The notes below the pieces were generated by a model, which saw only the letters and a list, made by a program, of their open reading frames with translations, was not told the origin of the DNA and did not search any database. Source: Perna viridis (Eukaryota). From it: a DNA stretch of 64,000 nt. Positions within the stretch are counted from its first letter, which is position 1. Each line of letters starts with the position of its first letter. The position numbers and the translations under genes are program-made. Below are positions 1 through 14,100 of the stretch, in pieces. The stretch spans positions 24,304,001 through 24,368,000 of the forward strand of contig CM074522.1 of assembly GCA_037379345.1 (NCBI GenBank). Direction: 5' to 3'.

Positions 1-930
1 GGTAATCAAAAGAATGTAATCCAGGGACAAAGACCAGACTTGGAAAACAGGCATACACAACAAAGAACATAAAGTAACTAAAATCATACATACAAAGTAA
101 CAAAAGTAAATGGGCAACTCGGACTCCACTAAAAACTGGGAGCATGGACCAGGTGCACCGGTAGGGTAAGCGTCCTCTGCTTTTCTATATTTTATGTTTA
201 TATTTATAGTGAGACGTTAATAAATAATATGTTTACTGTAGAAGTACTTTTATTCGCGAATAACCGAGTTGCTCATTTACTTTTATTGCTTTGTATGTAT
301 TATTTAAGTTAATTTATGTTCCTTGTTGTGTATGTCTGTTTTATCATGTCTTGTCTTTGTTGGATTACATTCTTTTGATTTTTGGTTCCTTGATTACTCT
401 TAGAACGGTGACACGTGCACATGTACATAATCAATGAAACTTTTTAATGTTAAATACGTTACAATTTCCGATGATTATGAAGCTTTAGAGAAAAACTACA
501 TACATGTACACATGTAATGTAGATCAAGTAAGGGGGATTATTTATTCATTTGAAGCATTGAATAAGATCTCTTATAACATCAGTCAAACTGATATACAAA
601 TGACTTGCATCTCTTCACCCCGAATACCCATACAGGTCTCTCACGATCGATGTTGGTATGTTAGTAGAACCAACTGGTGGTGGTAGCGGAGGCCATCCTT
701 CGGGATATATACCTGGCCCCGAAGAACTTGTCCAGGGTATGTCCTACTAGCGGCTGGGCAGCTGTGTATATGCTCTGGCCTACTCCCAGACCAACTAACA
801 TCATACATACAAAGTAACAAAAGCAAATGAGCAACTCGGACTCAACTATAAGCTGGGAGCATGGACAGGTGCACCGGTAGGAACACCAGCCGAGGTGCTA
901 ATAAAAAGTCAAGTCCGGAGTAGTCGAAAG
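1..930. mobile_element. Cluster of PLE 3'-end (family A) fragments: 1-185 (-), 264-400 (+), 791-930 (-)
   Basis: Shared core GGAGCATGGACCAGGTGCACCGGTAGGGTAAGCGTCCTCTGC and terminus CCTTGATTACTCT. Confidence 0.8.
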
Positions 931-1452
931 CTGAAAAAATACATTCATCGGATCTAATGAGTTAAATAAAACCAAGAAAAACGAAGTAACTTAAGTGTTA
1001 AAAATCACAAAAATATAATGACGGAATGAAAAATAAAATTAGTAACTTGACCTAATGATCTCCATGTCATTTTTGCTCAGTTTCCATACTCAAACACTAC
1101 TTAAAATATTTTACAATTCATCTATATGTAATTAGAACTGATATAAACGCTATTTTTAATTGGAAAATGTATAGTGTAAGCTAAACATTATTTTCGTTTA
1201 TCAAAGCAATAACGGAACACATGAACAACTATCCAGTCTAATAGGTTATAGCGAAAGTATATTTTTATTAACCCTATGAAATGAACCGCGGATTTTTTTT
1301 TTCAACTTACCATATCATGCATGAAAAAAAAATCACACAAAATGACACTGCATTCATTAAATATTTATATATATAAATGTGTGCTAGTATATATACATCC
1401 TTTCTTATTTGAGTTTTTTAAACTACATTGATTATTTTCTTTTTGTTATACA

Positions 1453-1782
1453 ATGTATCACAATTCTCTGCTCAGAGTTTTATGTTTTACATATTTTTTT
1501 GCAAGTAATCCTAGAATTTCAGGAGGTTTAATGATAAATGGAGAAAGTGATGAAGATAATCTACCAGGTCAGGGAGGCTTAGGTCAGAATGACATAGATC
1601 GGAGAGACTTTAATCACGGAGACATAGATAAGAGAGACTTCGACCATGAGGATACAGAAGAAAAAAGAGAGAACTTGGCGGATGGAGAGTTAAGTGACAA
1701 GGTATTCATACAATCTACAAAAACAGAAGATCCAACCATCTGGTTTGACAAAGAACATCCTGCTTTTAAATACATACATCAG
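1453..1782 (+). CDS. Convertase exon 1: signal peptide, acidic repeats, start of prodomain
   Basis: ATG followed by hydrophobic LLRVLCFTYFFA; ends FKYIHQ|gtaaga (phase 0), which aligns with furin GFLNLGQ|. Confidence 0.75.
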
Positions 1783-4700
1783 GTAAGAACAGCACACAGA
1801 CCATTCACCTCATAATTCACAATTTTTTTTTCAAATTTACAGCTATTCAACAACTTTCAGAAGAACTAACTAAAGGATAGTTCTGATTTTAATTACAATT
1901 CGAATCTTGATTTCCTTGATTACTCTATAATTGCTAACCGAAACGAATTCTTCAGTCATATAAGACATACGAGTTTTTCTACCACAAAGCATTTTCATCA
2001 TATTAAAAAAAAACGCCTTGCTCGAATACCATATAACGTCATGTAACGGGATGTTTTGTTAATAGTGTATCACTCGCAAAGGTTTACGACATTTTATCTT
2101 GACATCTTTAGTTATCTATACTGCTAAATGAAGAGAGTTGAAATTTTGGTCGGCTCTTATTTATTTATTGTTCATTGGAAGTATATTTATATGCTGCCAT
2201 TGTAAATAACAAGACAATGTATAACCCTCGTCTATGGGGAATATTTAGGTGAACAGAGGGGAAAAGTCAAACCGGACCGGTCGGCCCAATCTGTATCAGT
2301 TACCAGTAAAATGTTAATATTGATATTTAACTGTTGCGCCAAAACTCCAAAGCCTATCTCTGTTACCAGATGGAACGTTAATTAACTATTTAATAATTTG
2401 AATAATACCAAACAGTCTTAATTGGATGATGTGCATTTTTTCTTGAGATGAATGTATGATTTTCTAAAAAGTGCAGATTTGAATGCAGAAAAGATTATCG
2501 TTATGTGAAAGTATAGCATAAGTAGACTGAAAACACATCTTTTGTTTCGTGGGTTTTTCTTAACCATGAATCACTTTACCATTGGCCGTGTCTGAATTTT
2601 ATATGGACTGGTACTTAAATGTTCACATTGACTGCATTTAAAAATATTTCATGTCAAATGATGTTGATGATATCCTGAATGAAGTATTTCTACCGAATAC
2701 TTGTAACTATATTCCAGACTGTATACAACTCTCAAGATTACTCAAATTAGCCAAGAGTCTAATAAGTATTGTAAAACATGTTAGACTTGTGCACTGACTC
2801 TCAAATTAGAATCCTGAACGGTAGAACATTTGGTGACTCATCTGGGAAGGTCATCTTTATAAATAGTAATCATGGTTCTTTAATAGATGACTACTGCTTA
2901 TTGCGCTTCCTTTCTTGAAAATATTAGATATGTTAGCGTTGGAGACTTTTTATATCATTTTTAAGCCCCAGGTTAATTTACATCAGCAATAAATTAACTA
3001 TATAAGAGGCAAGTAAAGCCTTATTTTGTTTAAGAAAAATTCTTTATTCTGATTGAACTGTTACAGTAGTACATCATAAACTATTTAATGCATGTATTGA
3101 ATCAATTTTTTTATATTGCTCTGAGATCATCCTCCCAAGTCAGGGTTTTGAGTCCACCCTCGCTCCCTCAAACCCCTGACATAACTCATTCATTTTTAGT
3201 GGGTATCGTCCAGCCAATTCCGATTGGTTGCTTCTCCGGGTGAGAAGCACCAATGAAAATCGATTTAACATAAACTGTCTGTGGATAGGTAAACAATAAT
3301 ACCAGGTAATGGACGATCCGATATAGTAACTGAAAGTTGTATGATGTCACAAATGATGCAATATGAGCAAAAATGATAACTGTAGATTCTGTTTAGAGTT
3401 TTTACTGAAAACAATGACGTTATGTGTAGCCACTTTGTAAGTTATATCGAGAGTTTCTATTACGAGTGATTTGACTGGATTTTTGATCCGGGTTAAATTT
3501 AAGTAACTCACTAGATGGCGCTGGACGATACCCGCTATATATATATGAATGAGTGATGTCAGGGGTTTGAGGGAGCGAGGGTGGACTCAAAGCCCTGACT
3601 TGAGAGGATGCTCTGAGATGTGGTGCTTGAATAACTTAATCAAATTCAATAAGTCTTTGGAATTTCAGAAACGAAAATTTTAGCACTTAACAGCTTCAAA
3701 TAAAAAAATGCAAGATATGTTTTAGGAGTGTCAAATAAGTCTCGAAATTAGCGGTTTTATCAGAGTTAGGATTATTTCCCCTTTCTATTTGATCCAATAA
3801 AGCCACCTGATCAGACTTGAATGATGACTTAAAAAAAACAGGCCTACTTGGATACTTTAAATACTACAGGCAGTTTTTGTAGTAAGTTTGAAAGACTTTT
3901 AGGCAAGTTAATCTTAAGACATGTTTGGAAAAATCAAAGTACTACAGTCATTACATCCTCTAAAAATAAGCTGACTCATGCAGTTTATAAAAAATTGAAA
4001 GATAACTATATTTCATATTGAAAAACTTGTTAATTGATGCGGAAAATATAATTATCTCCTTGCAAGAACAAATTGAGAACATAAAGAACATTTTTGGACA
4101 AAACAAAGACTAGAATGTCAAGTGTTGTCCCGCTTTTTTTGTTTTTTGTTTTTGTATATCTCAGCAACTGTATTTACCTAGATCAGCTACAAAGGATTTA
4201 TTAATCATATAATGAACACATTTCACAAATGATAAAATGGAAATGCATGTATGCATTATATAAATTTTAATTTGTATAACCTGTGGTAAACGCAATTATT
4301 CTGATTATATACAACATTTTTGCGGGAAATTTCCAAGGCAATTGATTAAGGGTTCGGTTTGGGTATTGATAAATGTGTGGGTACATACAATTACTACACC
4401 ATCAGGATATAGATGGCTAAGGCTCACACCATGAGTTTATACCGAAAGGGGGGATGGGATTATTATGAAAAAGATATTGACTTGTACAAACTACATGTAC
4501 ATGTATTTAATATGCATACATGTATATAAAGTAATACAGGCTTGTTGTGCATACATGTAGTATATACATACATATACACGAACCGATTTGTTCACTATAT
4601 CATTCTAGTCCGGACGTTAAATTCTATAGGAAACTGGCCTCGGGAGGGTGTTTTCAGAAAAGCAGAGGACATTTACTTCACTGCTAAACACGGTCCATCC

Positions 4701-6694
4701 TCCTAATTTAAGTAGAGTCCGGGTTGCTCATTTACATTTCATTCTTTCATTATTTCTTTGCATGTGTTGTTTTGGTTTTAACACGTTCTTTGTTTTGAGT
4801 ATCTATACCCTTTTTTGTCGTTACTCCTGCGTTTACTGTTCAAATCTCATTTTCTTGAACGCTTTAATAAAATTTCAAATGCAAATGTGATTAAGGTATA
4901 CATCTTATGTTAACATTTGGTTGCCATGGAGTGACATTATAAAACCTCGTTTAAGAAAACACTTTAAAATTGTACCATTCGAAGAACGTTACAATTTCAT
5001 TATTAATATTTACATTTATCTTGATTTGAAGTTCGGTGTTCGATCAATTGCATGTAACTTGGTGTGGAATATATGCTCTACATTCTTTTATAATATTTAA
5101 AAGTTATCAACTTCTCGACCAATTTCGGAATATCGAACATTGCCGGTTTTGGTCGATGATGTACCGATTGTGATTTTACGCGATGTTATCCTCGTTTGAC
5201 ATGAATAATGTAAACTTCGAAAGGCCTGTCTGCACTGTTATTAAGAGAAGAAACCAACGACTGCTACTACGTGGAACTTGGTAAAAGCAACATATGCTCC
5301 AATTCATCCTGTTTTGTGTTAGTACATAGAATGTAAGGGGCTAAACAAAGTGTACTGAGATAGAACAAAGATAGAAAAATGAAATCAATAGGTCAAAGAA
5401 GCGGATCCAAGAGTTGTAAGGGATTGATCCATGAAATGGTAGTGCATACATTGCATGTTAACGGGCATCTGAAAAAAGAAAATGTCCCAGACACAATAAT
5501 CCAATACTGTTGAGAGGGAAAACGTTGTCAAATACAAATGCACAAGCGTGAATCCCATTTTATAGTTAACTTTCCAAAGTCCAACGCTACGGAGGCATAA
5601 TATAATATATATATATATTTTTTTTCAGATGACGTTTGGAGGTGAACGGTTCATTATAGCAAAAATACGTAAAAGTAGAACAAAAAGAAGCATATCAAGA
5701 ACGGTTGAAGATAATGAAGTAGAACAACTGCGACGACATTCCCATGTAAGTACATGTATATGTTCAGTTTATTTTGCCCGCTTCTTTCACATTATATCAA
5801 GCGAGAGAAGCGATAACGGTTGTCAAGTACGTGTATTGCGGCTTGATCGTGAACGTAGAACATTGAGGATTGTGAACAGAACTTTGAAATTGTTACTTTT
5901 TCGACAATTTCAGCAAAACTGCCAAATTAATGATGTCTGTCAAAATGATGCTTTTTATTAATATTTTCTGAAAAATAAAGGAAGTAGACCTACGATAGGG
6001 GACACAATCTTACAAATCATTGGAATATTTGTATTTACAATTTTACATCAATCTCATGCAAACATCATGGTAACTTGGACTGATTTCATTCTGTTTCAAA
6101 TGGAAGCTTGATAGGCTTTGGTGAAATTGAATATGATACAAACATGTCACTGATTTCAAGAGTTATATCCCTTCTTAGGTCTTCCTCTTTAAATAACAGG
6201 CGCAGAACTTTCTATGTATATTCTTTGCAAATGGTTTTAGTGTCAACCAACATCCTTGATTTGAACGATACGCTTGATTCGACTGACATCCTTGATTTGA
6301 ACGATACGTTTGAAAGTAATCATACACCAAACATTCCGCATTGGTTTTAACTTGACTGTCAAGACAGTGTCATTAATACGGGAACTTATTTTTTCTCTCT
6401 AGATTATATCCGTAGAACAGTCAGTTGCTCATATCCGTAAAACACGCACGTTGGACCCAGAATGGAAAAACCTGTGGCATCTGGTAAGACCTAAGTACGT
6501 TAATAACAGGCTACACGTATAACAAATATTTTGTATATTTCAGCGTCATTTTGTTAAAAAATTATTAAAACAGATACGACTTAGAAATGTTTGTCCAAAC
6601 AAATTGAGACATTCTTGACAAGTTGAAACATAATTTACTTCTTCAACATATGCGATTATATACAGTTAAAGCCGCAGTAAAAAACAAAACAAGA

Positions 6695-6731
<37 letters not shown>

Positions 6732-8130
6732 TATTTTCACATCATTTACTCAAAGTTTTGGAAAACAAACTTTCTTGAAAACCACGAGCGATATCTGATT
6801 TACATTACTGGTGTAAAATAATACATAAATGCCCATTGTTTTTTGACACGCATGCTCGTTACAAAGATTTGTTATTAAGCAGTAAAAACATACTTATACA
6901 GATTTTCTGGTACGACGTTGTTTTATTTATGTTGATGTTTGGGGGGGGGGGGGAGGGGTTGAAGGTTAATAAGTGTAAGACTGTAAAAATCAGGCAAAAT
7001 CAGAAACATACCTGTCAAGTACGCACCAATCTGACAACATATGATTTCTCTATTTGAATAGACCACTATTTGATCTGAAATGTTTCAATAGAATGTTAGA
7101 AAAATGAGGTCTTTGACAGAGTTATCTGCCCTTGAAATATTCATTTCGGTGCATTTCAATGATATAATAACTCAGTTTACCGAAATGATGTAGAATACCT
7201 TGTCTTTTTTCCTTGATTCTGATAGTGTAAATTGTAGTAAACTTACACTTTCGTAAAGGCTTTTTTATACCATGTTCAACCACTGCCTGAATCTTACTGA
7301 GACTGACGTTAAATTACAATGATGTCATTTGTGTGATAATGAGTGTATCAATGAACAATTTTAAAGCCAGATATTTCTTCATCCAGAGGTTCTTGAGTTA
7401 ATTCCTCCAAGTAGTTTTTCGTGCTGTCTTAATTTGTAAATGACTGATGATTTCATTAAAGAAAGATTTTGTGAATAATTAATACATGTTTATTTAGATT
7501 TAAGACACGAAAATTAAATTACATGAATATATGGTCGAACTTTAACCCAATGATATATTATTGTCAGAACGGAGATGTCACGCCATCTATGAGAATTGAA
7601 GATGTGTGGGCGGAGGGTTACAGTGGACAGGGGATTACGATCGCCATAGTTGATGATGGTTTAGAATATACCCACCCTGATTTAGCCAATAATTACGTAC
7701 GTATGAAAAAACTTTTTTTTAATTAAAAAAAATATGGTTCAACCTATAATGGAGAATTCGATATTAATGTAGTGGTAGACGCCACGTTATTGTGGAAAGA
7801 AAAGGATTGCAATATGTTCATAATGGACTAACTCGGAAACTATTTTCTTTTCATTTTGCTGAAAATTAAACTTGACTGTAATACTAGTATGGTACGTAAC
7901 AGCTGTACAAAGTTAAAACAATATTTTTGATTCATTCTCAACTTATCACCTGAAAACCTTCGGGGACGGACAGACGGACGGACGGTCTTGCAATTATTCG
8001 GAGGGTATTGCAAGAAACCCCGCCACTTCATGGCCTATAAAATAGATACATTGTATAATACGTGTATACTGACTCATGAAACATTATTTTTAAAGCGGTT
8101 TATCCAATTATATTTACGTAGTACTACTTC

Positions 8131-8180
<50 letters not shown>

Positions 8181-11100
8181 TGCAACCATTTCACAGTTTA
8201 TAGGGCCCGAATCACAGAGTAGCATTTAAAGTATTAACATCAGATTTTTGTATTTTTGAACATAAAATGTACTTTATTCATTTGGCTTTTCAAACTGCAA
8301 ACTCTGTACCAATGCATAGCCACTGAATTTAAATAGTTTTTAAAGAAAGCTGTGGAGAAGCATATTGTTCAAAATACCATTAGCAACGTATGAGAACGTC
8401 ACATTGACTCTCGTCCCTTACTCAAGATTAGTTCCGAGACTATCAAAATTACAGAGAAACCTGAAACCTGTATAAATCGAACCATTGTGGATTCTAAAAT
8501 ATGTTTGGATGATTGGGTAAGACCGATGTTTGGTTGATCAAGGTGCAAAATGCTTTTAAACTGATACAACAGGACTCTAAAATTTATCTTGTTTACACAT
8601 GTTCGGATTATTCGGGGTTCGGTTTAGGCAGGTTTCAGTGTAAAAGTCCAGAAGTTTCGGTGGAAGAACATGAGATACACATTCAGCGCATGCGTGTGTC
8701 TACTACACGTACCATTCGTCAGTTACAGTGAAAGCTAAAACTGGTAAAAAAGTGCTGTGCTCGCTTACATACTCCATATCAGTGTAATCACAAACAGAAT
8801 ATCCCGTAAAGTCAAAAATGTTTCTATGGAACGCCTTTTTCGAAATTCCATTCACTGTTCGTACTGTAAAAAAAACCAACAAATTTTAATAACAATGTAC
8901 TGATTGTATAAGGCCAAAAAAAGTATGTCTGTTGAGGGTTACATTCCTCCCCAAAAATAGGGTAGGTCGGTCGGCATTTTCATTTTATTTTTTTTTTTTC
9001 ATTTTATTTTTTCTCGACTAAAGTTGAGCCTATATTAGCAAAATAGCATCATGTTTAAGTCATGAAAGTGTATGGTTTTAAGTAGAAAGTTTAATTTTTA
9101 ACATACACATCTATGGAAGTCTATTTCTGTCATCGTGATAAGTAAAAGTCGCGAAAGATTATCTCGAAAAGTCGTGATAATTGGTGTATTTTGTCGACAA
9201 AAAGATGACAATTTCATCTCAAAAAGTTACGATAATTTTTCGTGATAGTTAATATAATTATGTCGACTGTTCGAGTTAATATCACGACTTATGTAGCCAA
9301 TATGTAGCTTCGACATAAATATTTTCGCAATAGCTTTTTACCAATATCACGACATTAGAGCTAATTATTGTGTCAAAATGGAGACATGTTATCTCAACTT
9401 GTCGTGAACTTATTGATATCTGTCGACATAAACTATCGCAATTTTATAGTTTAAAGTTATGAAAACGCCAAATAGTGTCAGCTACAAATTTTTTGCATTT
9501 TGATAAATCATGTTGACTTTTTTGTGAAATAACTTGAATTGTTGAAGTATTATTTCGACGAACGCGAAATGTCGCGACAATTTATCGTTACTTACCACGA
9601 AAAACTAGCTTTTGTCGAGATATTAAGTCAATACGTCAAGTTAATTCACGAAAAAGTCAACATGATATATCGCAACTCACATGTTTGGTTGTTGACACTA
9701 CTTGGCATTTTCACAACTTTAAATTCTCAGATTGCGATAGTTTATGTCGACAGATATCATAACTTTTACGACCAGGTGAGATAATATATCAGGATTTGTC
9801 ATGATAATTAGCACAAAATGTCATTGTATTAGTATAAAGTTGTCATAGTTTATCGTGAAAATATTTTATGTCAAAGGCACAAATTGTCGTCGGTTCCCTT
9901 AAAGTCGCGATAATTCAAGTAATTATATCGAACGGTCGACATAATTACCTTAACTATTGCGAAAAATTATCGTGACTTTTTGAGTTAAAATTGTCATTTC
10001 TGTCGACAAAATACCCAAATTATCACGACTTTTCGAGATAATTTTTCGCGACTTTTATTGACAGAATAAATTTAGCCTCAATTTGGCCTCAGAAACACGC
10101 CAGACATACATCGACATTGCACCCCCTCTAGAAGAATATTTAAAAAAATTAACCTAAAAAAATGTTTCGCCTCGCTCCGCTCGGTGATATTTAATCGTGC
10201 ACCCCCTAATCTAAAATCCTGGATTGATATTTGTGTTGTGACATTTTGGCTGGAGAAAGTCCAAGATTTTACAGTGTGAATTATCGATTTTTTTTAAAAC
10301 AGGACACGATTCGATAGATCAGTGCTATCTATGTAATAATAGTTCTTCATTATTATAAGGAGCTTTTGTTTAATAAGTTCTGATACAATCGTTGTGTTTT
10401 ACACGTATATCATATGCACAAATTTAAAGTAAATACTCACCCCTTAACTGTGTGTTCTGTTGAAACCCATTTTTGTAGTGCCTACACCTGTTCCGAGTAG
10501 TCGAAACATGGTGTGAAAGTAAGTTTTCAAGTACTTCTTTGTCTAAGAATCAGGCAAAATGTGTATAAGGTGTGACACATGAAGAAAAAAAAACGCAGAT
10601 TTACTTGCATCATCCAAGTTTTTATCCCTCATAACCACCAGAAATAACCATCAAAGTTTTCGTCAAATTTGCCGTATTAGATTTTGATTTGATGAAATGC
10701 ATCATGGGAAATTTGCGGGAAAATTTCCTGCATTTTTTCTCTAAACAAGCAATCAAAAACTATCTACGACACAGATATTGCCAAATAAATTTAAATAGCT
10801 TTCGTTTTTTCTAGATGTATTGAATATATTTGAGGAAGAAAAGACCAAATTCATAAAAATGATGTGCCATCCATTGCCTAATTCTTACACAGAATAGTAC
10901 TAAGGTCACCGAAAATTAAAATCTCTTTTTCAGGATACAGCCAATGATAAAGACGTTTATGGAGGTGATAATGATCCTTATCCACCAACTGGAGATAGGT
11001 AAATGTACGATATGACCGTATCTGTTTTGCCTTATTAGCTTGCCTGGACACTTGACATGCGTCGTTGTCGTCCGTCAACAATTTTAATACTAGTTTTTTC

Positions 11101-14100
11101 GCCTACATTTCAAAAACCGTAACTGGCACAGAAAGAAGACAATTACGTCTTACAGTTGCGATCACTTCTAAACTCTCCTCGATTCTGTCAGTATTTGCTG
11201 TCATAGAACAGTTCTAAACTGTCAGAAACTATACTGACCTTTGACACACCTTGTCAAGATCTGTGAGGGCTATGTACAGCTCTTTCATAATCTTTCATAG
11301 GTCATGACACGCTCCTGTCAGGAACTGTTCTAGGTAGAAATGTTCTGTTTTACGTCATTCTGAATACATTACCTAATCTTAAAAGCTAAAACCACTTCTA
11401 AATGACGTGAATTAAAAGCTTAAGAGTTCTTGACAGATTCTTACAATAAATAGCTAGAAAATATGTCTCTGACAGTATTACATTCAGAGCATGTACATGT
11501 AAATGATTCAGAAAAAAGCGGCAGCGCAGCCGAATCCCGTATCGTACGACGGGAAGTAAGCCTTGCTACATGTAAGTTTAAAATTTTAATTTTTTTTCAG
11601 ATTTTGATTAGACGTTTTTGTACGGCATGCAGTACTGACAAAAAATACAGCCCTTGCCTGACCTGTCGTACTAGATGATACGCCCCTGACTTTAAAGAAT
11701 TTGGACTGAAATTTGTGTGTCTCAGTCACTTGTATGATACAAAATACTTATATTAGACATTTTATACGAAAAATTCAGACCTATATGAAACTTTCAAAGT
11801 GTTCACACTCATACATTATGCCAGAATATGATAATTTTGAAGAATTTTGACTGAAGTATATGTGTCAGTCACCCACATGATAGTTACATGTATATTGAAA
11901 AAAAAACAAAACAAAACAAAACAAAAAAAACCTAATATTTTATACCATAATTTTATACCCTTATGGAAATTAAAAGTGCTCACACTCATACATTTTGCAA
12001 GAATATGACATTTTAAAAGAATTCTGACTGAAATATATGTGTTGCAGTAACCCATATGATAGTTATATTGAAAAATTTAATAATTTGTATGGAATTTTTC
12101 AAACCGTTCTATGCTTACTTTATATTCCCTGTATCAATTTGATCCGATGGAGCAGTGTAGCGAATAGAGTCGTCACATTCTGAGACGTTTGTATAATATT
12201 GATTTGTTGTGACATGTATCGTTAATTTGATCCTCTATCCTACATAATAACATCTAAAATGAACTGTCCCGTACTACCATACATCGTGTACTAAGTTACA
12301 AACCTAGATTAATCCTACGAGAAGGAATGACCTGGCCAGCTAAAGCTACACTTTAATATAGCCTAGCTGATCGAGTGGTCTAGGGCACTGGACTTTATGC
12401 AGGCGGTTTTGCTATAGAAGTCACAGCGGTACGAGTTCGAGTCTCGCGGAGGGAACGACCAAAAATTTACTTTGCAAATTTGACATGCAGTTCTAACATT
12501 GTTGGGAATTTTTCAGACCTATACATATAGGTATTTTTATACTTACCTACTCAATTGTTTCTTGTAGCTGAAAACAAGACAATTGATTGGTTTGGACTTA
12601 CATGTACCATTCGGTATCAGAATCAACCAATGGGTGGTACATCATTTTTCACAATTTTGTCTTTTTGCCTCAAATGTATTCACCAAATCTAGTTTACAAC
12701 CGAAAAGCTATTTAAATTTATCCTGAAGCATATGTGACGTAGATGTTTTTAACTGGTTATATAGACAAAAAGTGTGGGGCAATTTTCCGGCCATTTTTCC
12801 ATAGTGCATCTTACAACTCAATTTGACTTATCAAGCACGTAGGTGATTATTTCTGGAAGTTATGAGGTATTAATACTTGGATAATGCAATAAAACCCCTG
12901 CGTTTTTTCTTCATGTGCCACACCTTATACGCATTTTTACTGATTCTTAGACAGAGAAGTACTTACTTGATGGTGCTTAACTCGCGGGAAAGTGTAGATA
13001 ACTTCAGAAAAATAATTGATTATTTGCGAGTTAACGTCCTGTGGCAGATGTATAAATTTCATGAGAAAATTTGATCAGTTGAACGGTACTAAGCCGACGT
13101 GCTGAGCCGGATTTTGTTACTGTGTTACCATAGTAACAGCCCGGCGTTATTTCTGTAATCACATACTCCGATGAAATTATTCTGACTCTAAGCCGATCAG
13201 TCGTTCTTTTTTCTCGTATTTGCGCATACTTAGCGTATATTAATTAATAAAAAACAAAATCATTAATATCTTTCAGGCATGGCACTCAAGTTGCTGGATT
13301 GGCAGTAGCAGTAAAAGACAACAATATATGTACAGTTGGGACTGCATTTAAAGCCACACTTATAGGTCTGTATGTCTGCACACAATTAACCAATTCATGA
13401 GATATGTAATAGCAATCCAAGAATTCCCTACAATTCTGAATTGGTCCATTACAACGTATAATCAAAACAAGTGTAAATAATTGGTAAAGAAAAAAAGTTT
13501 GAAAAAAAATATTCGTCATTCGATCATTTTACAAGGAAAGGAAGTTTTGTAGAGACGATTATATAAACAGCACTGAATTTAAATCACCAAGACACATTAT
13601 AATAGACTTATTCAGAAACAGAGAGGCATAAAACAGATGCTAATATGTTAATTTCGAAAATTCAAAATTATTAACCTGTACTTATTGTCTCTTTAAAACA
13701 TAAGGTGTAGATTTAAAACCAATATAGAACTACGTCATCAATTAGAAGTCAATTAAATATATGGTGATTAATATCCTGCTGGAAATTTGTCTGCATGCTG
13801 AGAAAATGACCTATTTCCTTACAGAGTTGCAAACCTGACTAACCCACATTTTAAGTATGATCTAATCACCCGAAAAAATGATTTGCTATATAAAACAAGA
13901 GGCTCCCAGGAGCCTGAATTGCTTACCTTGTTAAATGTTTGCTTTTCTAAGGCAATAACTCAAACAAGGAGTTGTCCGACAATTTTGACTAAAAAGACTT
14001 TAGAAGGACTTATCATAAGGGTCATTGAAAGTTTCATTCAATCTTTTATAGCTTTCAAGATATTAGCTGAAAACTGCTAAAAACATAATTTTTGCCCTTT

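Noticed and set aside
636-790. GC-rich segment with possible splice sites (…GGGSGGHPSGYIPGPEELVQ|gtatgt)
   Set aside because: No recognisable protein or RNA motif in any frame, no partner exon, and it abuts a repeat; origin undetermined.
7444-7470. CTGATGA...GAAA hammerhead-like words
   Set aside because: Only a weak A/U stem II, no stem I or III, and no PLE context; expected by chance in AT-rich DNA.
12361-12454. tRNA-Leu gene
   Set aside because: Acceptor stem does not close, anticodon arm varies among copies and the segment is embedded in a dispersed repeat; tRNA-derived, not a functional tRNA.
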